Assembly: GCF_963921235.1 (NCBI RefSeq)
Contig: NC_086098.1
Coordinates: 237,956,001-238,020,000, forward strand
Direction: 5' to 3'
DNA length: 64,000 nt
Source of the DNA: Mobula hypostoma
Lineage: Eukaryota
This document shows positions 25,230 through 35,989 of this stretch, piece after piece (position 1 is the first letter of the stretch; every line of letters begins with the position of its first letter). A program made the translations under genes and the position numbers. The notes under the pieces are model-generated. The model saw nothing but the letters and a program-made list of their open reading frames with translations, did no database searches and was not told the DNA's origin.

Positions 25230-26610
25230 AATTCAGGCATACTTCGTGATTGGGGAGCAAGCCAACTTTTCCTCCAACTTCCACGCTGTCCTCAAATTTA
25301 CTTCGTCTGTTTCCGACACCTCCGTCTCTTTTCTCAATCTCTTTCTCTCAGTCTTTGGAGACAGGCTTATCTACTGGTGTCTATTATAAACCCGCTGACT
25401 CTCACAGCTACTTGGACAATACCTCTTCTCATCAAGTTACCTGTAAAAGTGCCAACACCTTCTCTCGATTCCTCCGTCTCCGCCGCATCTCTTCTCAGGA
25501 TGAGAACGAAGATGTCGTCCTTCTTCAAAGACAAGTGTTCCCATCCTCCACCATCAACGCTGCTCTCAATCGCATTACTTCCATTCCAAGCACGTCAGCC
25601 CTCACCCCATTCCCCCGCCACCCTATCAGGGATAGGGTTCAGCTTGTTCTCACCTACCACACAACCAGCCTTCGCGTCCAGCACGCTTCTTTGTAACTTC
25701 CGTCATCCCCAGCGGGATCCCAACGCCAAACACCTTGCCCTCTTCCACTCTCAACTTTCTGGTTTCCGCAGTAAACGCGCTGTATGCGACTTCCTTGACC
25801 ATTCGTCCCTCCACACTGATCTCCTTCCTGGCACTTATACTTGTGAGCGGAACAAGTGCTACGCCGGCCCCTGTACTTCCTCCATCACTACCATTCAGGG
25901 TCCCAAACAGGCCTTGCGGGTGAGGCGATGTTTCACCTGTGAGTCTGTTGCGGTAATACACTGTATCTGGTGCACCCGGTGTAGCCTCCTGAATGTAGGT
26001 GAAACCCAACGTAGATTCGGATACCCCTTCGCCGAGCACCTACGCCAGAAAAAGCGGGATCTCCCGCTGTCCACGCAGTTTAATTCCACTTCCCATTCCA
26101 ATCTCGACATGTCAGTCCATGGCCTCGTCTACTGTCATGGTGAGGCCACACCCAGTCTGCAGGAGCAACGCCTTATCTTCCGTCCGAGGACCGTCCAACC
26201 TGGTGCCGTGAGCATCGTTTTTTTAAACTTCCAGATGCCCACCGCGCCCCTTTCACCATTCCCCATTCCTATTTCCCTCTCTCACTTTATCTATCACCTT
26301 CCTCTGGTGCTCCTATCACTGTTCTTCCCTCCATGGCTTTCACTCCTCTCCTGTCACACTACCCCTTCTCCCACCTGGTATCTCTATCACCAATCAATTC
26401 CCAGCTCTTTACTAAATATCACCTCCACAACGACCCAAACCCCTGGATTCACCCATCACGTTATGATTCTAATTCCCTCCCCACATCCTTCAGTCTCTGA
26501 ATTCTCAATTTTCCCTAGACCTGATAAAGGGTCTCAGCCCGAAACGTCGACAATTCTTTTCCATAGATGCTGATGGCCTTCTGAGTTCCTCCAGCATTTT
26601 GTGTCTGCTG
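25230..26610 (+). mobile_element. Decayed Penelope-like element (RT C-terminus, GIY-YIG, pseudo-LTR)
   Basis: LSTGVYYKPADSHSYLD..RFLRLRRISSQDE; FTCESVAVIHCIWCTRC..NVGETQRRFG..FAEHLR. Homologous to 1054-2166 but frameshifted. Confidence 0.85.
26517..26552 (+). ncRNA. Degenerate hammerhead motif in PLE pseudo-LTR
   Basis: AGAC-CTGATAA-AGGGTCTCAGCCC-GAAACGTC-GACA; core G8 changed to A. Confidence 0.5.
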
Positions 26611-27235
26611 CTGTTTCTTTCTTTCGCGCCTGATGTTTTATCGACATAGGTATCATTTTAAACAGTTAGGATTGACAGTACAAATGCCTACGGTGTCTGT
26701 TCAGAAATACTTCTTAATATTAAAGCATAAACATAGGAGCTGTATCAAACGATTCGGCCCATCACGTTTGACCCGCCGTTCCATCATGTCTTATTTATTA
26801 TCCTTCCGAACTCTGTCCCTGCCTTCTCGGTGGAATCTTTAACGCCGTTACTAATCAAGGATCCCTTAATTTCCGCTTTAAATATGCCTAATGACGAAGC
26901 TTTCACAGCTGTCTGTGGCAATTAATTGCATATCTAATTTTGATGCCTATGATGGAAAATGCTTGTCGAAACGAACGCCCCCGTGTCTTCCTCCGTTGCA
27001 AGCTGAAGTGGCCGAATGTCTTTACTACTCCCCATGTAACAGGTCCCGTGGGTTGTTACTTTTCTGCACCTGTGTATCAGTTCTGGGTATCCTCTTTCAC
27101 TTGTCTCACGTGAACGGTTGACGCATGAATATTCTCCCACCAGCAAATCCAAAATGTAACCAAATCAGCGGGTTATTCGATGGCAGCAGTAAATAGGAGG
27201 ATTGGGAAGAGAAAATGGAGGATATATAATAGTAA

Positions 27236-27785
27236 TCTCTACTCTTACCTCTTTATCAGGTACCTCCTGTGTGTTCATGGCCTGCTGCTGTTCGACACAG
27301 TTTGCGTTCAAAGGTGCTCCTCTTCATCACTGTTGAAACCCCTGGTGTGCACAACAGTGTTAATACAATCTAGTTACCGACACCTTGCTGTCAATTTGAA
27401 CCAGTCCGACGACCCTCCACCAGACCTCGCTCATTAACAAGGCGTTTTAGCTGCTGCTCATTGGATGACTTTGTTGAATTGCTTAGTTGTTTGTTTTTCT
27501 CATCATTCTCTGTAAACTCCAGTAACAGTTGTGCGTGAAAATTCCAGGAGAGCATCGGTTTCCAAAACACTCGAACCGCTTTATCCGGCACCAAATATCA
27601 TTCTGATCAAATTCACTTGGAGCACTTTTCTTCTCCATTCAGTTGGGTGGTCCAACCAACAACTGAACCTCTTGATTATATATGCCTACGTTTATGCAAT
27701 GCGTTGTTGCCATTTGATTGACCGATTAGATATTTGCATTAATGATCGGGTATATTGGTGTACAAAATAAGTGGCCTCTGGGTGT
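27236..27785 (-). mobile_element. Internally deleted, decayed Tc1/mariner-type DNA transposon remnant
   Basis: Minus strand reads like a Tc1 transposase N-terminus (..GATTTTCACGCACAAC..GAGTTTACAGAGAATG..AAACGCCTTGTTAATGAG..GACTGGTTCAA..). Degraded inverted ends CTTTATCAGGTAC and GTACAAAATAAGTGGCC. Family assignment is from recall. Confidence 0.6.
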
Positions 27786-28364
27786 ATTTCTGTAAGGTGG
27801 ATGACTTTAGTTCCTCTGTCACTCAATTGTACTCAACCCTTAAGGAAAGTAGAGCATTGTAACCAGCGTTATCAGCGGTCCCACAAAAACTTTAGCAAAA
27901 TTGATCATCCGGTTAGGAACGTGATGCCCTGCTTAATATATTACATAAATGACTACATCAATGAATTAACTGGTGTAAAGCTCTTGTTGTGCTACTGAAA
28001 TTCTGATTTGCGCAATCCAAGTTGAAATCTAACTCTATTTTACGTTGCTGACGCTGCTTTGGCAGTTTAGGACCGACTCCGGTCACCGATAGCTCTCTAC
28101 CGCCACCACATGTTCACCAGCGGAACTTCGAACACCCAGAGTTCTCAATTGCAACCCCTACCCCACCCCCACTACCTTTTATTGGTCATGTTGATGGAAT
28201 AATTCAATCCTTGAAAAAGAAAACTGTTGCTGCCCCTAATAAAGAGTTTCAGCACCAAGGGCCTTTCAGTAAGGGAGTTCCAGACCTGTATACCGATTCA
28301 ATCACTTCCCCTAGTTATCCTTCTAATTGTCTCGAATTTGACCCCACTGAGCAAGGAGACCCAA

Positions 28365-29335
28365 CTATGAGACTGTCACGACGTGCGCTGAAAACGACTG
28401 AACCCAGGTGCGTACGAACCACAGACTCGCATATCGAGAGAGCTTTAGATAAGAATTCCAAAAAGAACATCTGTGGCTTGACTGAGCAACAGCGAGTCGA
28501 ATCTTTCCCGAAACACCAGGACACCGCAATAAGTGCCAATGGGGAGTCTACCTTAAAGAACCATCGTACACAGAAAACACGTGTCAGTCAAAATAAACTG
28601 GACAAGATTAAACAGAAAGCAAAATGGGATAATGACTCTAGATAAAACAACAGTTAACAAAGTCACGTTCACAGCCCCGTCTGGCTGATGGCAATACATC
28701 ATTCCCCAAGGCCGGCACCTGTCGTCCTAAGGATCCCTAGGCTACTCGAGACAGGGTTGGTGAATTCGAAACAGACAGGATGCTCTCGAGAAAGTGTTGG
28801 GAAACTCGAGACAGAGCTGATACTCTGGAGACTGGACTGGTAAGCTCCAGACAGACCTGATGCTCTCGATAACATCAGTAACATGGCATTATCTCGGGAA
28901 TATGGAATATTCCTCGGAAACCTGTAAGTCAGTGGAAGTCATAGGAAAACTTATAAAAGAGCATCGACACGAGCACTGAGGATATAAGGGACGCTCACCG
29001 TTATCCAAGCGGCTGCTGAAACTCCGCTGTGTTCATTTGTGGCTCAGGATGCGAATGCCACTGTGTGCGCTGACAAACGACTGACCCGGGTGCGGAGGAA
29101 CTACAGACTCTCATGTAGAGACAGAAACAAGAGTGTATGCATAGTAATTCCAACAGAACATTGATGGCTTGTCTGAGCACCACCGAGATTAATCATTCGC
29201 GAAAAACCAGGACACCACCATAAGTGCAAATGAGGAATCCACCTTAACTGATATCAGTACGCAGAAAACCCGTGCCAATCAACATAAACTTGACAAGATG
29301 AAACAGAAATCACAAGGGTTAACGACACTAGATAC
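28365..29335 (+). repeat. Diverged ~290-bp direct repeat pair (about 28365-28650 and 29047-29335) of unknown origin
   Basis: Shared blocks such as ACAGACTC, GGCTTG.CTGAGCA, CCAGGACACC..ATAAGTGC.AAT, CAGAAAAC.CGTG and GACAAGAT.AAACAGAAA. Confidence 0.8.
28745..28884 (+). repeat. Degenerate 20-bp minisatellite (7 units) with 40-bp higher-order alternation
   Basis: CTCGAG-like hexamer at exactly 28745, 28765, 28785, 28805, 28825, 28845 and 28865. Confidence 0.8.
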
Positions 29336-29756
29336 GAAAAGCATTCGCAAATGCAGTGCACAAACACGCAGGACCATGAAACAGACGTTTTCTACGCTAA
29401 AGGCCCAAGCTGCGTCTGAATTATGTAGTCAACAACCTTATAGTTGTCCATATCACGCCTAATTTTCCTCTTATTACCGATTGATATCCTTTTTTATGGA
29501 TAATTCAATTTTCCAGTCACGTTCCTGCCCGTTTTTCTACAGTCCGCAGCTTTGGATACATTATACTTGATATATAACTCCTGAGAATGTGCCTGATATT
29601 TAAATGGAATATAAAGAGCTGAGGACAAATCAGAGATCTTTACAGAACAGAAATTATGAACAAAATAAATTCTGTAGATGCTGGAAATCCAAAGCAACAC
29701 AAACAAGATTCTGGAGAAACTGAGCAGACCAGGAAACATCTATGGAAGTTAATAAA

Positions 29757-29793
29757 CAGTCGACGTTTCGGGCCAAGACCCTTCTTCAGGACC
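29757..29793 (-). ncRNA. Intact-core minimal type I hammerhead ribozyme in an isolated PLE pseudo-LTR (pLTR ~29645-29800)
   Basis: GGUC-CUGAAGA-A-GGG UCUUGG CCC-GAAAC GUC-GACU: full CUGANGA/GAAA/UH core, stem II GGG/CCC, stem I GGUC/GACU, palindromic ACGU stem III. Confidence 0.75.
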
Positions 29794-29847
29794 AAACTAA
29801 TAAGGAAGTTTCACAGTGATTTTTAATCTTTGCTCCCTGCCTTTAAC

Positions 29848-30340
29848 TGTGACAAGGAACGAGGCGAACCCAAACGCAGGACACTGGCACGGGGACAGGG
29901 TTAGGGTGCAGACGAGGGCGTGAGCGTAGCTGGAACCTGACAGGAAGCGTTGCTGGAGTTGAACGGCAAACAGAAATGCAGACGGCAGGCAAACCTTATC
30001 TTGACACGGAACGTAGAAACGCAAGCGGTAGACAATACTTCTCTGGACACGGAGAGACGGAGTTGCACGGGAAAACCTCGATCCTGAAGTAAAACATCGA
30101 ATACTTATCCTGACACGGAGAAACAGAGTTACGCAGGTAAACCTCGATACTGAAGTAAAACTTAGAATGCACGATCCTAAGCGGCCGGGAACGTTAATGA
30201 CCACACTGGCTAAACAGCGATCTGGCAACGAGTGGATGCAAAGCCGGGGTTTTTAAGCTGCAGGTCTTGATGGGAACCAGGTGTGCCGCCATCAAAGGGA
30301 ATAAGGAGAAAATGGGCAAATAACGGTCGGGACCGTGACA
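29848..30340 (-). mobile_element. Probable solo LTR (~490 bp)
   Basis: Minus strand starts TGTCACGG and ends TGCGTTTGGGTTC..TGTCACA, similar to the 3' end of the other LTR; internal short direct repeats. No TSD found. Confidence 0.5.
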
Positions 30341-30449
30341 CAATCAAAGTGTATTAGGAGCAAATGGGGAATGAATGGTTGGGACCGTTACATTAGTTAT
30401 TCTTCGTTTTCCACTTAACATATTACCCCAGTTAATTTGAAACTGCGGC

Positions 30450-30750
30450 AACACACAGAAACTGCTGGAGGAACTCAGCAGATCAAGCAGCATCTATTGA
30501 TAGGAATAGAATCCTCGTTCACGGCAAAGACGCATCACCTATCCTGATGAAGGGACTCGACCCAAAACGTTGACTCTATTTTTTTTATTGTTGTTGCCTG
30601 ACCTGCTGAAGTCCTCCAGCGTGTGCGAATGTGTGTGCGTGTGCGCGTGTGTTTTTGCTCTGGATCTCCAGCATCTGCAGCATTCCTGTGTTTCTGATGA
30701 TATCACGGTGTCCAGTAGTCTGTGTTGTGAAATGCAAAATGGTCTATGGA
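30450..30750. mobile_element. Inverted pair of PLE pseudo-LTR remnants with a degenerate hammerhead (30541-30575)
   Basis: CTGCTGGAGGAACTCAGCAGATCAAGCAGC at ~30462 is inverted relative to GTTGCCTGACCTGCTGAAGTCCTCCAGC at ~30593. CTGATGA-GGG..CCC-AAAACGTT has GAAA changed to AAAA. Confidence 0.6.
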
Positions 30751-31969
30751 GTCGGACACTCAGTCCCGGTGATTTGAATCTGTGATCTATCGCTCAGTGA
30801 CGGTTGTTTATTATGCAGGGTCGCGTGTGTGCTTTATCACCTTTTAACGCAATTTAGCGTATCTCGAGGATGGGAAATGTCACATTATCAGTTGTGGTTT
30901 CATAAGGGAGTAAGGTTATCAGTGAAAATGAGTTAAGCTACTGGACAGGCGGAGTGTGATTGAAGGGAAGTAGATTCTGGAAGTTTTGACCCGCTTCTGC
31001 TCTTCGCTGGTGAGACCTGTAGTCTCTCCTGTATGCACGGTATTGACTGAGGAACACCCTTAACTTTTCCATGCGAATTCTGGAAGTTACTACTGGCCTC
31101 CGAATAGCTCATTGTGAATTTATGAACATCAGCAAAAAATGGTAATCCACGGGATATCAGCAATCCGACGGGAATTCGTAAAGGACATTTGCGGAGCGTA
31201 TGAACCTTGGTTTGCCGATTACATCCCGCGTATAACTGCCTTCTTCCAACACCACACGGCAGATGTTGCTTGGAGAAAATCACCTTTCCATTGGCAATTT
31301 AAACGTTTATGCCCAGTATGACTTGTGATTCAACAATAATATATTTAGACTGACTATTGTCGTTATAACTCCGCCATGGTTGGTCCCAAGACCGGTTGTG
31401 AAAGAAGGAGGGTTGGGCATTGGGCTAGCAACCCAAACCCTTAAGCCCCAGAGCTACAGAAACGCCAGGAGAAGATTCAAAGTCCCTATCGATAGCAGAG
31501 GAACGATCTGTCGGCTTTCAGTACTTCATTGGGGGTGATGTGCTTCAGACGAAGAAGAAGATATTGGCATTACAGCTGACACGGTTTATTTCGTGTTATG
31601 AGATATAAATCTGCAGATGCTGTACTGATTCGGAAAATAAATGTATCACCGGACATCCAGGAAAGGTATCAATCTGATGTGTTTTAATTCTTCCATGCAT
31701 TTAACTACTTTACGATCTATTCACTGCGAACCCAGAACAGGAGAAGCAGGCACTAAAAAGGCGGTCACTGAGATGCTGTTGCGCCAACCTTCCCCGAAAG
31801 ATGGTGCGAAAGATCACAACAAGTACATTTATACGGTACCTTTCATTTGTCGCGTGATTTCTATCATGCAAATCAATCTTGAGTTGCACAAAGGGATGTT
31901 GCTCCGAAGTGTGCTCCATAACATATCGTGTCATTCCAAGAGCAAAGGCAAAAATGTGATTAGTCTTAT

Positions 31970-32790
31970 TTGTCACATATATATCGGCTCAGACAGTGAA
32001 ATACAAAAACAAAAGAGATGGTTGTTGACTTCAGGAGGACATGGAGCGACCACTCTCCGCTGAACATCGACGACTCCTTCGTAGAGATCGTTAAGAGCAC
32101 CAAATTTCTTGGTGTCCACCTGGAGGAGAATCTCATCTGGCCCCTCAACAGCAGCTCCATAGCAAAGAAATACCAGCAGCGTCTCCACATTCTGCGACGG
32201 CTGAGGCAAGTCCATCTCCCACCCACCATTCTCACCATATTTGGCAGAGGTTGTATTGAGAGCATCAGGAGCTGCTGCATCACTGCCTGGTTCTGGAATT
32301 GCACCTTCTCGGATCGCAAGACTCTGCAGCGGATAGTGAGGTCAGCTGAGAAGATCATCGTGGTCTCTCTTCCCGCCATCACAGACATTTACACCACACG
32401 CTGCATCCGCAAAGCAAACGGCATTATGAAGGACTCCACGCACCCCTCATATAAAATCCTCTCCCTCCTGCCATCTGGAAAAAGATACCGAAACATTCGG
32501 GTTCTCACGACCAGACTATGTAACGGTTTCTTCCCCCAAACCATCAGACTCCTCATTACCCAGAGCCTGGCTTGACAACAACCTACTATACCTCCTACAG
32601 TTCCTACTGTCTTGTTTATTATTTATTATTATTTATTGTAGTGTCTCCACTGTTTTGTGCACTTCATGCAGTCCTGAGGAATAGAGTCCTGGATAGGTCT
32701 GTGGTCTAGTTTTGTGTTTGTATTGTTCCATGTAGCACCATGGTCCTGGAAAACTTTGGCTCATTTTACGATGTTCTGTACCAAAATTTA
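31970..32790 (+). mobile_element. Rex1/Babar LINE 3' portion
   Basis: 185-aa frame 32018-32575: MVVDFRR..KFLGVHL..QQRLHILRRL..KDSTHPSY..LLPSGKRYR..FFPQTIRLL. Confidence 0.88.
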
Positions 32791-34829
32791 TAAGACCATA
32801 GGACCATAAGACAAAGGAGCAGAAGTCGGCTATTCGGCCCATCGAAACTGTTCCGGCATTTTATCATGAGCTGATCCGTTCTCCCATTTAGACCCACTCC
32901 CCCGCCTTCTCAACATAACCTTTAATGCCCTGGCTACTCAGATACCTATCAATCTCTGCCTTAAATATGCCCAATGACTTGGCCTCCACTGCCGACCGTT
33001 GCAACAAATTCTACAGAGTCACCACACTCTGGCTAAAAAAAAATCTTCGCATCGCTACTATGAATGGGTGCCCTTCAATCCTTCAGTTATGCCCTTTCGT
33101 TGTAGACTCCCATATCATGGGAAACAACTATGACACATGCACACTGTCCATGCCTTTCAACACCCGAAATGTTTCTATGAGGTCTCCGGTCATTCTTCTA
33201 AACTCCAAGAAATACACTGCAAGAGCGGACAAACGCTCCTCATATGTTAACCCTCTCGTTTCCGGAATCATTCTCGTGAATCTTCTCTGTACCCTCTCCA
33301 ACGTCAGCACATCCTTTCTTAAATAAGGAGACCAAAACTGCCCACAGTACTCCAAGTGAGCTCGCACCATCGCCTTATATATCCTCAACATCACATCCCT
33401 GCTCCTATACTCTATTCCTCTGGAAATGAATGCTAACACCTATCTTCGTATCATAAGCAAACTAAGCCAGAAAGCCATCTATTCCATAATCCAAGTTGTT
33501 GATGTGCAACGTAAAAAGAAGCGGCCCCAACACGGACCCCTGTGGAACACCACTGGTAACCGGCAGCCAACCAGAATAGGATCCCTTTATTCCCACTCTC
33601 TGTTTCCTGCCAATCAGCCAATGCTCTATCCACGTATGTAATTTGCACGCAATTCCATGGGCTCTTATCTTGTTCAGCAACTTCATATGTGGCACCTTGT
33701 CAACGGCCTTCTGAAAATCGAAATATACAACATCCACTGCATCTCCCTTGTCTAGCCTATTTGTAATTTCCTCAAAAATTGTAATAGGTTTGTCAGGCAG
33801 GATTTTCCTTTAAGGAATCCATGCTGAGTTCTGACGATCTTGTCATATGCCTCCAGGTACTCTGTAACCTCATCCTTGACAATCGACTCCAAGAACTTTC
33901 CAACCACCGATGTCAAGCTAACAGGTCTATAATTTTCCTTTTGCTTCCTTGACCCTTCTTAAATAGCTGAGTGACATTTGCAATCTTCCAATCCTCCGGA
34001 ACCAAGCTAGAATCTATCGACTGTTGAAAGATCATCACTAATACCTCCGCGGTCTCCACAGCTACTTCCTTCAGAACACCAGGGTGCATTCCATCTGGTC
34101 CAGGAGATTTATCGACCTTTAGCCTATTCAGCTTCCTGAGTACTTTCTCTGTCGTAATTGTGATTGCGCACACTTCTCTTCCCTGCCACCCTTGAGTGTC
34201 CAATATACTGCTGATGTCTTCCTGAGTGAAGACTGATGCAAAATATTCGTTCAGTTCCACCGCCATCTCCTTATCTCCCATTACAATTTCTCCAGCATAA
34301 TTTTCTATCGGTCCTATATCTACTCTCATCTGTCTTTTATTCTTTATATACTTGAAAAAGCTTTTAGTATCCACTTTGATATTATTTGCTAGCTTCCTTT
34401 CATAGTTAAACTTTTCCCTCTTAATGACCTTCTTAGATTTCTTTTGTAAGCTTTTGAAAACTTCCCAATCCTCTGTCTCCCCACTACTTTTTGCTTCCTT
34501 ATATGCCCTCTCCTTTGCTTTAACTTTGGCTTTGATATCTCTTGTCAGCCACGATTGCATCCTTTTTCCATTCGGAAATTTCTTCTTTTTTGGAATATAC
34601 CTGTCTTGCACCTATCTCACTTCTCGCATAAACTCCAGCCACTGCTGCTCTGCCTTCCTTCCCGCCAGTGTCGCTTTCCAGTCAACTTTGGCCAGTTCCT
34701 CTCTCGTGCCACTATAATTTCCTTTACTGCACTGAAATAACGACACATCATTTATGGTTAAAATGACAATAAAAAGTGACTTGACTTGATAAAAATTATT
34801 TGTCCTCACATCCAAAATCTCTCAAACAC

Positions 34830-35158
34830 ATTCATGAATATACTCAGCAACTGACTGGTATCCATTCTGATATGTCTATCCGTGGCCTCCTCTACTGTCA
34901 GGATAAGCTACACTTATTTTCCGTCTGGGTAGCCTTCAACCTGATGGCATGAACATTGACTTCTGTAACTTCCGTTAATGCCCCGCCTCCCCTCCGTACC
35001 CAATCCGTTGTTGAGTCCTGACGAAGGGTCTCGGCCTGAAACATCGACTGTACCTCTTCCTAGAGATGCTGCCTGGCCTGCTGCGTTCACCAGCAACTTT
35101 TATGTGTATTGCTTGAATTTCCAGCATCTGCAGAATTCCTGTTGTTTTTATTTATTTT

Positions 35159-35227
<69 letters not shown>

Positions 35228-35580
35228 CTCCCTCTGTCCCTCTCACTATACTCCTTGCCCCATCCTCTGGGCTTCCTCCCTCCCCAGTTCTTTCTCCCTA
35301 GGCCTCCCGTCCCGTGATTCACTCATATCCCTTTTGCTAATCACCTGTCCAGCTCTTAGCTCCATCGTTCCCCCTCCTGCCTTCTCCTATCATTTGGGAT
35401 CTCCCCCTCCCCTCCCACTTTCAAATCTCTTACTATATCTTCTTTCAGTTAGTCCTCACGAAGGGTCTCGGCCCGAAAGCCGACTGTACCTCTTCCTATA
35501 GATGCTGCCTGGCCTTCTGCGTTCACCAGCATTTTTATGTGTGTTGCTTGAAATTCCAGCATCTGCAGATTTCCTCGTGT
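34830..35580 (+). mobile_element. PLE 3' end with two tandem pseudo-LTRs, each with a degenerate hammerhead (35014-35049, 35451-35485)
   Basis: GIY-YIG C-terminus (..RLGSLQPDGMNIDF-like) followed by two copies of AGTCCT.ACGAAGGGTCTCGGCC.GAAA..GACTGTACCTCTTCCTA.AGATGCTGCCTGGCC. Confidence 0.82.
35164..35226 (+). repeat. (TC)n microsatellite
   Basis: Direct reading. Confidence 0.95.
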
Positions 35581-35989
35581 TAACCCTGTTATTATTATTC
35601 CTTTCCAGAATCTGTCTCCCTATCTGCTCCTCGATGTCCCTTTTACTATTTTCTTACTATAAAAAACACCCACTAGAGTTAATGACCCCTTCCTATTGCT
35701 AACTTCCACCCATAGAGACTCCCTAGACAACCCCTCCATGACTTCCACCTTTTCTGCAGACGTGACACTGTCTCTGATCACGCTCCCACCTCTTTTGCCT
35801 CCCTCCCTGTGCTTTCTGAAACATCTAAAGCCTGGCACTTGAAGTAGCCGTTCCTGCTCCTGCACCATCCAAGTCTCTGTGATGGACACAATATCATAGC
35901 TCCAAATGCTGATCCACGCTCTGGCTCCGGGTTTTTGCAGGATAGGTTTTCTCGCCTCGTGCCCAACAAAGGGGCAACAAAGGGACCGT

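Larger units (their letters stand above)
32795..35920 (-). mobile_element. CR1 LINE (APE remnant, linker, RT, 3' tail), interrupted at ~34760-35580
   Basis: ITETWMVQEQ..VPGFRCFRK; KLANNIKVDTKSFFKYIKNKR; DFQKAVDKVPH; GVPQGSVLGP; AHLEYCGQFWSP; (GACCATAG/A)n tail near 32795. Confidence 0.88.

Noticed and set aside
30933-31283. 116-aa minus-strand ORF in non-repetitive sequence
   Set aside because: Non-ATG start, no recognisable motifs or clear splice signals, and no second copy in the window to test.
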